Shown here piece after piece: positions 19,243 to 28,111 of a stretch of DNA of 64,000 nucleotides. The stretch spans positions 1,472,001 to 1,536,000 of the forward strand of contig CAXXGO010000001.1 of the NCBI GenBank assembly GCA_963666835.2. The letters are read 5' to 3'. The notes beneath the pieces are model-generated. The model searched no databases. It was not told the origin of the DNA and saw only the letters and a program-made list of their open reading frames with translations. This DNA comes from Phycisphaerae bacterium (GTDB lineage Bacteria > Planctomycetota > Phycisphaerae > UBA1845). Position numbers and translations under genes: made by a program. Position 1 is the first letter of the stretch, and each line of letters opens with the position of its first letter.

Positions 19243-19785
19243 ATGAAAGCGTTCTGGAGCGTAATAAGCGCAGGGCTGCGCCGTGAGAATCGGTGGCGAT
19301 TCGGTTCGGAGTCAATCACTCCGTACCATCTGATCACCGGGAGAGCTCCGCGGAACACGCCGAGGGCATTTTGGGTGTCCATCGGGAAGCTGAAGATGCT
19401 TCTTAGAGTGACGAGTTTACTTCTGATCCTGTGCGCCTTGGTCTTCTTTGGTGGGCTTGTACTCAAGCAAACGGCTGCGGTCGGGACCGTCCAGCCATAT
19501 GCGATTCTACCTCTTGTTCTCGTCAGCGTGGTTCACGGCTGTGCCGGGAGTTTCGGCTTGCGTATTGCATACGGGCGGTTCAAACGGTTCCTTACCGATC
19601 ACTCTTGGTGTGTTTGTCTGCGTTGTGGATATATTCTGGAAGGACTACCGTCGCCCCATCGATGCCCCGAGTGCAGTCTGGCCTACGATCGCAGGCAATT
19701 GGAAGCAACGTGGCGGGCGTGGATCAGCGAACGCATCGTGTACGGGCCGGATGACCGGGAGTCCGCTGCCGGTGGCGCCGGGTAG
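19243..19785 (+). CDS. Membrane protein with C-terminal zinc ribbon
   Basis: Two hydrophobic helices then CLRCGYILEGLPSPHRCPEC. Confidence 0.75.
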   Translation: MKAFWSVISAGLRRENRWRFGSESITPYHLITGRAPRNTPRAFWVSIGKLKMLLRVTSLLLILCALVFFGGLVLKQTAAVGTVQPYAILPLVLVSVVHGCAGSFGLRIAYGRFKRFLTDHSWCVCLRCGYILEGLPSPHRCPECSLAYDRRQLEATWRAWISERIVYGPDDRESAAGGAG

Positions 19786-19875
19786 GGCAGCTTGTCGACC
19801 TGCCTTTACCATTTGGGTTGACTTGGGCGTCGTCACCGCGTGAATATTGCGGTGAAGGCAGGTGGATCACCTGCC
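19781..19875 (+). repeat. REPIN-like element, family A copy 1
   Basis: GGTAG + hairpin GGCAGCTTGTCGACCTGCC ... AAGGCAGGTGGATCACCTGCC. Confidence 0.85.
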
Positions 19876-19894
19876 GCACTGCCGAGGAGCGGGT

Positions 19895-20509
19895 ATGTTA
19901 TTGAAAGCCGCATTGGCTATCGCGATCCTCGTGGCGGTGTTGTTGACCGTTGCATGGGTAGTGTCGGCGAATCAGCCGCGTGTTTTTATATGCAGTGATT
20001 CACTGAAGGCGGATACTGAGCTGTTATGCCGTCTTTGGACGATCGGCGATGGGTGGCTGCGAACGCCGCAGCAGGCGTCCACGACAATGCGGATAAGCGA
20101 GGATGAAGTGCCTGACGTTCCGTTTCGGCTGCCAGGTGCGAGTATGGTGCTGGCCGCTACGGAGGGCTCGCTGATCTTCGGGCGGGTGGAGCGGACCAGC
20201 AAGCGGACCCTTGCGGATTGGAGCTGCCGGGTTGCCGGTGACCCTATCGTGGTACTGCCGCTTTGGCTACTGCTTGCCATGTCGTTGGGAGTGTCGGCTT
20301 TAATAGCGGGCCTGTTTGGAGTGCGCCGCCACCGCCGCTCGCACCGGCGCGACGAGAACACATGTACTGAATGCGGGTATTTGTTGATAGGGCTAACGTC
20401 GTCGCGTTGTCCGGAATGTGGGACGTCGTTCGAAGATACCCCGGGCCGCTGCGGCGGATTGCCCGCCGGGATGACGGCAGATGGTGATTGTATTCGGCAC
20501 AGCGAGTAG
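19895..20509 (+). CDS. Membrane protein with C-terminal zinc ribbon
   Basis: GAGGAG RBS; TM-loop-TM (LPLWLL), then CTECGYLLIGLTSSRCPECG. Confidence 0.8.
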   Translation: MLLKAALAIAILVAVLLTVAWVVSANQPRVFICSDSLKADTELLCRLWTIGDGWLRTPQQASTTMRISEDEVPDVPFRLPGASMVLAATEGSLIFGRVERTSKRTLADWSCRVAGDPIVVLPLWLLLAMSLGVSALIAGLFGVRRHRRSHRRDENTCTECGYLLIGLTSSRCPECGTSFEDTPGRCGGLPAGMTADGDCIRHSE

Positions 20510-20529
20510 CACAACCGCGGGAGGATCGA

Positions 20530-21387
20530 ATGTTCGCCGAGCCGGCGCAAGACATCACGGATGCGACGGCGTCCGAGTCGAGTGCCTCCGAAGTGGTCCG
20601 CCTCGAGCCCCTGCGCTCGGCCCGGCGATGCCGTGAGCTAAGCACCAGTCAACAGACGATCGAGGGTCTGTACTTTCCCGGGGGGGTGTTGTTTCTGATG
20701 ATCCTTGAATACGCAGGCCCCACGTCCGTTCGGTTGGGGCTGATGGCTGTTGCGGCGGTTGTTTTGATGGGCGTGTGGAATGCTGTAAAACATCGACCAG
20801 ACGAGGAGGATGGGAATGGCGCATCCCAGAATGTTGAGGAGGGCACCAGGCAACGGCCGAAGAGACTCGTGTGCCGCGGACATCCGTACGACCTGGGCTT
20901 CTTCCGAAGGCCTTGCAGAGAGATGTTTGAACCGTACATTGTCTCCGCGCGTTCCGGATGGTGGGACCGGCACCCGGGTTGGCGATCTCTGTGCGGTATG
21001 GTTGTTCTCAGCGTGGGCTTCCGCGTCACGTCGTCGGTCTGGGGGCCCGTTGCATTGGCGGGAGCCTTCCAATACGCGGTTGATGTGGGCCGTTTTCTGT
21101 GGCCGCGCTATTATCGCGTTGTTCCGGGACGCGTAGAGGTCGTGCAATATCGTTTTCTCAATCGGGGCGACCCCATAATTGAAACGGTTCCGGTAAAGGG
21201 TGCGAGGATCATCTGTGATTTTCAGGATCAGGCTATTGAGATTGTGCAAACGGGCGATGATGCGGAGTGCTTTGTGATTCCCCTCGCGGGACTCGCGCAG
21301 CCCCGCATGCTCGCGCAGATGGTGTTCCGAGCGGCGGTTTGCAGGGCATCCGCCCCGGCCCTGCCGGCGACGGAACTGCTGGGTTAG
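20530..21387 (+). CDS. Hypothetical membrane protein
   Basis: GGAGGA RBS; two pairs of hydrophobic segments; C-terminal beta-rich domain. Confidence 0.7.
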   Translation: MFAEPAQDITDATASESSASEVVRLEPLRSARRCRELSTSQQTIEGLYFPGGVLFLMILEYAGPTSVRLGLMAVAAVVLMGVWNAVKHRPDEEDGNGASQNVEEGTRQRPKRLVCRGHPYDLGFFRRPCREMFEPYIVSARSGWWDRHPGWRSLCGMVVLSVGFRVTSSVWGPVALAGAFQYAVDVGRFLWPRYYRVVPGRVEVVQYRFLNRGDPIIETVPVKGARIICDFQDQAIEIVQTGDDAECFVIPLAGLAQPRMLAQMVFRAAVCRASAPALPATELLG

Positions 21388-21458
21388 ACTGTTTGGAGAC
21401 GCCACCGCCCTCGGGTGGGTCTCTGCTCACGGAACCAAGAGACGCTTTCGATGAGCCG

Positions 21459-21540
21459 GGTAGGGCAGGTCGTCGACCTGCCTTCACGATTTGGGTGGAT
21501 GTGGGCGTCGTGACCGCAGGAAAACTGTGGTGAAGGCAGC
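21459..21540 (+). repeat. REPIN-like element, family A copy 2 (right arm truncated)
   Basis: GGTAGGGCAGGTCGTCGACCTGCCTTCAC...GGTGAAGGCAG. Confidence 0.85.
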
Positions 21541-21553
21541 GGAGGTGGCGTGA

Positions 21554-21994
21554 ATGGGTGCGATGGATCGGACGTTTAACGATCGTTTCTGGCCGGTCTT
21601 CGTTGGGTGCTTGGCGATCGGCATCGCAGAGCTCGCGGCCGTTGCGTGCGTCTGCCTCGGGCGAGAGGAGCTGGCCGGGGACCTTAACTCGTACTGGTTG
21701 TGGGGATCCCTTTTGTCACTATGGTTGTGGCCTCGTGTCGAGTCGTCGGCCGATGGCAAAGCCGGCGGGATTCTCAGCCGAACGCCGGCAAACACATCAC
21801 TGCTTGGCTGGCTGGTCATATGTGGAATACTGTCGGTGGTTGCGATCGTATACTGGGCGGAGAGCTTCTTCCCCGCTCCCTGGCCGGTTGTCGTACAGGG
21901 GGCTGCGGTGGGGCCTTATCTCGTTATGGTCTGCTGGATTGCGTGGAAAGCGGACGTGACGACCGATCAGGCAGGCTCGGCAGACGGAGTTTGA
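21554..21994 (+). CDS. Hypothetical 4-TM membrane protein
   Basis: GGAGGTGG RBS; four hydrophobic segments. Confidence 0.7.
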   Translation: MGAMDRTFNDRFWPVFVGCLAIGIAELAAVACVCLGREELAGDLNSYWLWGSLLSLWLWPRVESSADGKAGGILSRTPANTSLLGWLVICGILSVVAIVYWAESFFPAPWPVVVQGAAVGPYLVMVCWIAWKADVTTDQAGSADGV

Positions 21995-22053
21995 CGGCGT
22001 GGCGTGCGAGCCCGCGCTTGCCGGGCGGCAGTCGAGATTGTGTGGATGGGCAG

Positions 22054-22605
22054 ATGTCGATGAAGACCTTGCTTTGCATATGGGTCCCTGCATTTGTGGC
22101 GTCCAGTTTCGTATCGGGCGCCGTCGCGAAGCAGTTATGCAAACGGTATGCCGGTACACTGTTTTCAACGGAGCTGGTCCACTTCGACGGTGCGGCAGCC
22201 AGGAAAGAGGCGGTTGATCGAGCGCACCCGTTCAGGCAAAGGTTCTGGTGGTGGGGGCCCTTGCCGCTGATACAGGGGGTTGCTGCCGCGTGCCTGTGGC
22301 ACTTTCTGCCCTTTCCGAGGTCTGTTCCAGATGCTTATGGTATGGCGGTGATTGTGGGCGTTGTCTCTGTTGCGACGGCTGTCGGCGAGGTTTGGATAGC
22401 TAAGCGGGCGATTACGTGGGCGTTGCGCGAGCGCCTGATTGCGGAGGGGACGGTTGTTTGCCGAGGGTGCGGCTACGACCTGCGAGGGCAGGTAGAGCCG
22501 CGGTGCCCGGAATGCGCGAAGCCCTTTGAGCGTGCCGCTAAGAGTGAGTCGGCCGGAGAGCAACGCGAGGTGATTTTGGGAGAGAGCCCCGCGCCCGATG
22601 CATGA
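22054..22605 (+). CDS. Membrane protein with C-terminal zinc ribbon
   Basis: Three TM segments then CRGCGYDLRGQVEPRCPEC; start reassigned from 21700. Confidence 0.8.
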   Translation: MSMKTLLCIWVPAFVASSFVSGAVAKQLCKRYAGTLFSTELVHFDGAAARKEAVDRAHPFRQRFWWWGPLPLIQGVAAACLWHFLPFPRSVPDAYGMAVIVGVVSVATAVGEVWIAKRAITWALRERLIAEGTVVCRGCGYDLRGQVEPRCPECAKPFERAAKSESAGEQREVILGESPAPDA

Positions 22606-22622
22606 CACTCTGGCCGCTTGGT

Positions 22623-22721
22623 GGTAAGACAGGTCGTCGACCTGCCTTTGCCATTTGGGTCAATGTGAGCGTCGTGATCGCATGAAGATCGCGGTGAAGG
22701 CAGGTGAATTGCCTGCTCTAC
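22623..22721 (+). repeat. REPIN-like element, family A copy 3
   Basis: CAGGTCGTCGACCTGCCTT...GGTGAAGGCAGGTGAATTGCCTGCTCTAC. Confidence 0.85.
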
Positions 22722-22738
22722 CGCACTGGAGGTAACAC

Positions 22739-22957
22739 GTGGCGGATGAGGATCGACGACGGTTCATTTGGCGCAAGGGGGTGCTTGGGTGCGGACTGCC
22801 CATGGGCCTGTTCTGGGCAGTTGCGATGCCGTGGCTCAATCCGTTTGAGAATCGGTCACTCGGAGGATTCTGGATCTACCTTGCGACGCTGCCAATCTGG
22901 TTCGTAGCAGGGTACTTGTTCGGGATGTTCATGTGGCCAGGCCCGCGGCGCAGGTGA
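22739..22957 (+). CDS. Small 2-TM membrane protein
   Basis: GGAGG RBS + GTG; RRRFIWRKGVLG.G...GY.FG..MW. Confidence 0.7.
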   Translation: MADEDRRRFIWRKGVLGCGLPMGLFWAVAMPWLNPFENRSLGGFWIYLATLPIWFVAGYLFGMFMWPGPRRR

Positions 22958-22972
22958 TTCCGGGAGGTGCGG

Positions 22973-23404
22973 ATGGAAAAGGGAATGCGAGAACGCGTGA
23001 ATAGTGACAGGAACGAACTCGGGGTAGTGGCGTGTCCCGTTTGTGACAGTAGGGCGGTTCGCAAGATCAGATGGGCAAAGCGCCGGAGTATATGGTTGAC
23101 CATTCGCACGCCGCGCGAGTGTACGAGTTGTGGAACGTGGTTTGTGCCGCGGGGGAACATGCTTCTGAGGTCCGTGGCGGTAGTTTTCGGCGTATGCATG
23201 TTCCTCGGCCTTTTCGGCGTTCCGATGATCGAGGCGGCTCGGTACCTCTTTGGCGGTCACGGCAACGAGCCCGATTGGGTAGAGATCCTCGCGTGTGGGT
23301 TGCCCGCCGCTTTGACCTCCTTGTACGTTGCCGAGATAGGCATCAGGGGTGGAAGGGCGCGAATCCTGACCGACGAACAGGATGTGGATGACGCGACGGT
23401 TTGA
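22973..23404 (+). CDS. Membrane protein with N-terminal zinc ribbon
   Basis: GGAGG RBS; CPVCDS...CTSCG then two TM segments. Confidence 0.7.
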   Translation: MEKGMRERVNSDRNELGVVACPVCDSRAVRKIRWAKRRSIWLTIRTPRECTSCGTWFVPRGNMLLRSVAVVFGVCMFLGLFGVPMIEAARYLFGGHGNEPDWVEILACGLPAALTSLYVAEIGIRGGRARILTDEQDVDDATV

Positions 23405-23419
23405 GTAAAGTGTAAAGGC

Positions 23420-23518
23420 GGTAGGGCAGGTCGTCGACCTGCCTTCACCATTTGGGTTGACGTGGGCGTTGTGACTGCATGACGATTGCGGTGAAGGCAG
23501 GTGAATCACCTGGTCTAC
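23420..23518 (+). repeat. REPIN-like element, family A copy 4 (most complete)
   Basis: GTAG-GGCAGGTCGTCGACCTGCC-TTCACC...GGTGAA-GGCAGGTGAATCACCTGG-TCTAC. Confidence 0.9.
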
Positions 23519-23576
23519 TCCGCGACGGTCTGAGTAACGTGTAAAGAACAGGTATGCGTTCGCGGAGGATGAACGG

Positions 23577-24128
23577 ATGGACGGGACGATATACCGGCGG
23601 GTACACACGGAGGGGCTGCACGCCGTTGTGTGGGATGTGATGCGGCGTCACCGGGCGGTGGCCGCGGTGTTGGTGGGGCTGTTAATCGTCCTCGTCCGGG
23701 TCGCATGTGAGTGGCTGGCCGTTCCAGTATCGGAGCTGGTCAAATCTGCAGTGGCGTTAGGTTTGTACGTCCTGGCACTTGTCGCGCTGGATTGGCCTTG
23801 GATGAGCTACGCCCTGGCACGCCGGTTGTCGTTGGCCGCGGCCGCGACGCTCGCTTGCGTGGGTTCAGTCAACGCCCTTGTGAGGGACCCTCGTGGTTGG
23901 GATATCGTACCGTGGATCTTCCCGGTCGGGCTCGTTCTGACGTCTATGGTGTTCGGTGCGGTGGTGCTCGGGATTCTTTTCGCATTCACCTTCGTTCGGA
24001 AGCGTTATTGGCCGGTCTATCCTCCCGGGCATTGCCGGCGGTGCGGGTACGACCTGCGCGGACAGATCGAACTACGCTGTCCGGAATGTGGGACGTCGTT
24101 CGAACGCGCGGAGTCCGAACCCAAGTGA
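23577..24128 (+). CDS. 4-TM membrane protein with C-terminal zinc ribbon
   Basis: PPGHCRRCGYDLRGQIELRCPECGTSFERAESEPK. Confidence 0.8.
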   Translation: MDGTIYRRVHTEGLHAVVWDVMRRHRAVAAVLVGLLIVLVRVACEWLAVPVSELVKSAVALGLYVLALVALDWPWMSYALARRLSLAAAATLACVGSVNALVRDPRGWDIVPWIFPVGLVLTSMVFGAVVLGILFAFTFVRKRYWPVYPPGHCRRCGYDLRGQIELRCPECGTSFERAESEPK

Positions 24129-24284
24129 CGGCCGGGGGGGGGCGCATTATGCCCGACGCAAATGGGAAGATCGAGACGGCGCGCGTCGCGCGGAGGTTGC
24201 GGCAGGTCTCGTGCCTCGACCATGCCCTACCAAGCGGCATGGCCACGCAAGTGTGGACCATGGCGCCCGGCAGGTGGTAGGGCA
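24041..24284. repeat. ~240-bp direct repeat, copy 1 (copy 2 at 25352-25592)
   Basis: Near-identical from GTGCGGGTACGACCTG to GGTGGTAGGGCA; includes zinc-ribbon codons, stop, spacer and REP families B and C. Confidence 0.95.
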
Positions 24285-24372
24285 GGTCGTCGACGTGCCT
24301 TTACCATTTGTGTTGACGTGGGCATTGTGACCCCATGAAGGTTGCGGTAAAGGCAGGTGAATCACCTGGTCT
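24276..24372 (+). repeat. REPIN-like element, family A copy 5
   Basis: GGTAGGGCAGGTCGTCGACGTGCCTTTACC...GGTAAAGGCAGGTGAATCACCTGGTCT. Confidence 0.9.
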
Positions 24373-24453
24373 GAGCCTGTTGACAAGACGACGTGTCGAA
24401 GGCGATGTAGCGGGTTTTGACTTCTGGTTCGGTGAAGTAGGAAAGACAGCCGA

Positions 24454-24870
24454 ATGCACGGTCTTTTCGGAATGGACGACCCTGATCTTGAAGCGGGCAT
24501 ACGCAGGGAAGCCGGACGCCGTGCGGACAAGGGCGCCGCTGTATTATGCGTGGTTGTCGGGGCCGGCGTCGGCGCTGCTGGGGCGATTGTCACGGCCAAG
24601 CTGTTCGGTTGTAGTGCTTCGGCGACGTATTGTTTGATAGCGGGGGGCGCGTTGTCGGCTGTGGTCGTATTCGGTTGGCGCCAACGATCGCGCGAGCGGC
24701 GGGCGTTGCGGTCGGTTCTTGCCGAAATGCCGCACCGCTGCGCCAAGTGCGGTTATGATGTAAGAGGTAGCGCGATAGGAACGTGTTCCGAATGCGGGTG
24801 CGCCGTCGATGACCGCAAGGCGGAACAAGACACTGATGCGGTACGCATGGATGAAGGGCGTTCCGAATGA
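24454..24870 (+). CDS. 2-TM membrane protein with C-terminal zinc ribbon
   Basis: CAKCGYDVRGSAIGTCSECG. Confidence 0.75.
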   Translation: MHGLFGMDDPDLEAGIRREAGRRADKGAAVLCVVVGAGVGAAGAIVTAKLFGCSASATYCLIAGGALSAVVVFGWRQRSRERRALRSVLAEMPHRCAKCGYDVRGSAIGTCSECGCAVDDRKAEQDTDAVRMDEGRSE

Positions 24871-25439
24871 GCCACAAGAGACTGACTGCGGTCTCGGTCG
24901 TAGGGCTGGTCGCGAGCATGATTCTGTGGATGTGTGCCGCGATCGTCGGTCCTGACACTCTGTACATGAACAGTGGGCTACGCCAGTTCCTCACGGAATC
25001 GGCACGGGTCGCCCTCGGGGAGTCATTCGCCCAGACGCGGGAGCAAACGAGCGGCTCAACGGGCGTACTGACGTTAGTGCGTGAATGGCCTCGCGGCGAA
25101 CGCTGGGCACCCAGCGGTAGACATCTTCTTGTCGGGCTCGCCCATGGACGCCTACTCTTCACGATGTTGAGAGTAACACCGGCGATGCGGTACTCTGAGG
25201 ACGGGATTACGAAGGAGCAACAGACGTTCTACGTGGGAGGGCAGGTCAGCTTATCCGTGCCGCTCCTCGCGTGCGTGTTCGCGCTGCTGCCGGCGTATTC
25301 TGTCCTGAGCCGCTTCCGGCCAAAGCCGTGGCCGGAGGGCTGTTGCGTTGCGTGCGGGTACGACCTGCGCGGACAGATCGAACTACGCTGTCCGGAATGT
25401 GGGACGTCGTTCGAACGCGCGGAGTCCGAACCCAAGTGA
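24867..25439 (+). CDS. Membrane protein with C-terminal zinc ribbon
   Basis: TM-loop-TM then CVACGYDLRGQIELRCPECGTSFERAESEPK; ATGA overlap with the previous gene. Confidence 0.8.
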   Translation: MSHKRLTAVSVVGLVASMILWMCAAIVGPDTLYMNSGLRQFLTESARVALGESFAQTREQTSGSTGVLTLVREWPRGERWAPSGRHLLVGLAHGRLLFTMLRVTPAMRYSEDGITKEQQTFYVGGQVSLSVPLLACVFALLPAYSVLSRFRPKPWPEGCCVACGYDLRGQIELRCPECGTSFERAESEPK

Positions 25440-25615
25440 CGGCCGGGGGGGGCATTATGCCCGACGCAAATGGGAAGATTGAGACGGCGCGCGTCGCGCG
25501 GAGGTTGCGGCAGGTCTCGTGCCTCGACCATGCCCTACCAAGCGGCATGGCCGCGCAAGCGTGGACCATGGGACCCAGCAGGTGGTAGGGCATGGTCGAG
25601 GCACGAGACCTGCCG
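25352..25615. repeat. Direct-repeat copy 2 plus inverted pair of family B REPs
   Basis: GGCAGGTCTCGTGCCTCGACCATGCCCTACC (25509) and its reverse complement GGTAGGGCATGGTCGAGGCACGAGACCTGCC (25584) flank a family C palindrome. Confidence 0.9.
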
Positions 25616-25956
25616 TCGATCGTTGCAGGAGCAAGGGTGTCCCGTCCATCCCGGCGTTTTCCGGGCTGGATGGGGCACACGTGCACCCGTGCCGGAATGG
25701 ATGCCCCCCATGCTAACCGATGCCCTCACCACAGAGTCTATTTACCGGGGGAGTTTCGCCCCGAGGAGCAGGATCCACGGAACGCGTTCTCGGTCTCCGG
25801 CCGTCTGTAAGTCGCGCTTGACCAAGACGTTCCGTTGACCACAATCAGGCTGCCGGCCTGCGATGGGCACCCGGCACGGACGGCCGGAGCGGAAGCCGTC
25901 GATCAAGTGGGCCGATCAGCTCCAAGTAGTCCGGCTACTTAAAGAGGAGAGAAACA

Positions 25957-27111
25957 ATGCTGCTTAGCCGACCATTGACCAACATGCCCCTGGCTCTGAT
26001 GTTCTGCCTCCTGGCCGCCCCCCTCGCAATCGCCGAGGAGGACGTGGTCGTGGTTACGGTCACGGGACAGGGGATTACCGAGGACGAGGCTTGTCGGGAC
26101 GCGCTCCGCAAGGCCTTGGAGCAAGGCGGGCGTAACGAGATCTCCTCGCACAGCCAAGTGGAGAACTTCGAGCTTATTCGGGACACCATCTACGCCCGGG
26201 CGGACGGCATCGTCACGGACTACAAGATTCTGCGCAAAGGCGACGGCGCCGGCGGGGTCAAGTACTGCGAGATCCAGGCGAAGGTGAGCAAAAACTCCGT
26301 CGCGTCCACTTGGGGCGAGGTTCAGAACGTGCTGGACCAGATCGGGCAACCGGGAGTCGCCGTGTATATCCTCGAGCGGATCGACGGGGTCAAACAGGAC
26401 AGCAGCATCCTGGAATCCAACATCGAGAACAGGCTGCTGGCCAAAGGTTTCACCGTATTCGCGAGTGAGCAGCTTCGGGCAATCGCCGAAAAGGAGTCGG
26501 CCGACGCTGAATCGGAAGGCAACGTCCAGAAGATGTTGGCCCAGGCGAAGGATTTCGGGACCCAGATCTTCATCACTGGTACGGCTCAAGCCAACGCGGC
26601 CGGGGTGCGGAATCTGTATGGTCAGGACACCGCCATGTACAACGGTGATGCCATGATCAAGATGTACTACACCGATACGGGCCAGCTCATGGCCAGCGAA
26701 CCGCTGCCGACTTGGCGCGGTGGGGCTCGAGGGTACTTCACGCACTCCCCGCAGGCCGGCAAGAAAGCCCTGGACGGCGCGGGCCAGGAGATCGTCGAGC
26801 GCTGCTATCAGAACGTGATGCGCGAGTGGGCAACGCGGATTAGTTACGGCGGCCTTCTGACTCTGGAAATCGAGGGCATGAACGTCGGCGAGGCCCTCAA
26901 ACTCAAGAAGAAGATAGCGGCGATCAACCCCGATAAGATCATTAATGTCAACGGCCCGAAGGCCACGAAGGGCGTGATGGTCTTTAGGATAAAGGCGAAG
27001 ATGACCGCCGAGGATCTGGCAATGTATCTGGTCGAAGATGATTGGGCCGCGATCATTGAAGTGGTGGACCTTAAACCCAATCGGATTCAGGCTAAGAAGG
27101 TCGGACCGTAG
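25957..27111 (+). CDS. Exported protein with FlgT/LPP20-like N-terminal domain
   Basis: GAGGAGA RBS; signal peptide; VTGQG...DEA.RDALRKALEQ....I.S.S.VENF pattern. Confidence 0.7.
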   Translation: MLLSRPLTNMPLALMFCLLAAPLAIAEEDVVVVTVTGQGITEDEACRDALRKALEQGGRNEISSHSQVENFELIRDTIYARADGIVTDYKILRKGDGAGGVKYCEIQAKVSKNSVASTWGEVQNVLDQIGQPGVAVYILERIDGVKQDSSILESNIENRLLAKGFTVFASEQLRAIAEKESADAESEGNVQKMLAQAKDFGTQIFITGTAQANAAGVRNLYGQDTAMYNGDAMIKMYYTDTGQLMASEPLPTWRGGARGYFTHSPQAGKKALDGAGQEIVERCYQNVMREWATRISYGGLLTLEIEGMNVGEALKLKKKIAAINPDKIINVNGPKATKGVMVFRIKAKMTAEDLAMYLVEDDWAAIIEVVDLKPNRIQAKKVGP

Positions 27112-27201
27112 AGAAAACGAGCCCGGCCGGTCTTCGGTCAGGCGGCGAGAGAATCGGTTCCTTCGATAGGATCCGACTGATTGCGAAAGGACGGTAGTAC
27201 A

Positions 27202-27693
27202 ATGCCTCGGGAACTACACGGACAGCTTACGGTCGACGAACAGCAGTTTGCGATCGTGATAAGCCGGTTTAATGAGTTCATTACCGGCAAGCTTCTGACC
27301 GGAGCAATCGATACGTTGAAACGGCACGGCTGTCCGGAGGATAACATAACCTCGGTGTTCGTACCCGGTGCGTTCGAGTTGCCTTTCATGGCCCAGAAAC
27401 TCGCGGAGAGCGAGCAGTTCGACGCGATTATCTGTCTGGGATGCGTGATTCGCGGACAGACGCCACATTTCGAATTCGTGGCCAGTGAAGCCGCCAAGGG
27501 CATCGCCCAGGTCGGGTTGACTACCGGCGTGCCGACGACCTTCGGCGTGATAACTTCGGACACGCTGGAGCAAGCCGTGGAGCGCGCCGGGTCGAAGGCG
27601 GGCAACAAGGGTGCGGACGCCGCTCTCAGTGCCATAGAGCTGACCAACCTCGCCTCCCAGATCGAGGACTCCGTCGCAAACGATCATGAATAG
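27202..27693 (+). CDS. ribH: 6,7-dimethyl-8-ribityllumazine synthase
   Basis: SRFNEFIT..L, VPGAFELP, LGCVIRGQTPHF, ERAGSKAGNKG. Confidence 0.98.
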   Translation: MPRELHGQLTVDEQQFAIVISRFNEFITGKLLTGAIDTLKRHGCPEDNITSVFVPGAFELPFMAQKLAESEQFDAIICLGCVIRGQTPHFEFVASEAAKGIAQVGLTTGVPTTFGVITSDTLEQAVERAGSKAGNKGADAALSAIELTNLASQIEDSVANDHE

Positions 27694-28111
27694 CCCTCGC
27701 CGCCACGCTCGGACCCTCGCAATGCAGGCCTTGTGTCAGTGGGATGTCCAACAGGATCAATCGTCGACCGCCCTGGGCGAGTTTCTGGCCGAGCAGGACG
27801 CCCCCGCCGCGGCAACTACCTACGCCACTGAGCTGGTCGAGTCCTTCTGGCGACAACGCCAGTTCGTAGATGATCTGATCGGCGCTGCCGCGGAGAAATG
27901 GGAACTGGCGCGGATTTCCGCGGTGGAGCGGAACATCATGCGCGTTGCGGTGGTTGAATTGCTCGACAACGACGTACCGCCTAAGGTAGCTTTGGACGAA
28001 GCCATCGAACTGGGCAAGGAGTTCGGCGGAGCCGAGTCGCCGCGTTTCGTCAACGGAGTGTTGGACAAGGTCTTAAGAAGTATGCCGCAAGGCGATCAAG
28101 GAAGCAGTTGA
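27686..28111 (+). CDS. nusB: Transcription antitermination factor NusB
   Basis: RRHARTLAMQAL, VERNIMR, VPPKVALDEAIEL.K.FG...S..FVNGVLD. Confidence 0.97.
   Translation: MNSPRRHARTLAMQALCQWDVQQDQSSTALGEFLAEQDAPAAATTYATELVESFWRQRQFVDDLIGAAAEKWELARISAVERNIMRVAVVELLDNDVPPKVALDEAIELGKEFGGAESPRFVNGVLDKVLRSMPQGDQGSS

Noticed and set aside
21700..22053. N-terminal half of the 301-aa ORF 21700-22605
   Set aside because: Overlaps the better-supported 21554-21994 gene in another frame; the real start is likely 22054 or 22060
23257..23451. Recurrent short ORFs beginning MVKAGRRP (also 19645, 21233, 60704)
   Set aside because: Translations of the REPIN sequence, not a protein family
19781..24372. CRISPR array
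   Set aside because: Repeats are ~95 bp, degenerate and separated by 0.7-1.6 kb of coding sequence; no cas genes
19243..25615. Classical integron cassette array
   Set aside because: Repeats lack RYYYAAC/GTTRRRY attC ends and no tyrosine integrase is present; they fit GTAG-type REPs
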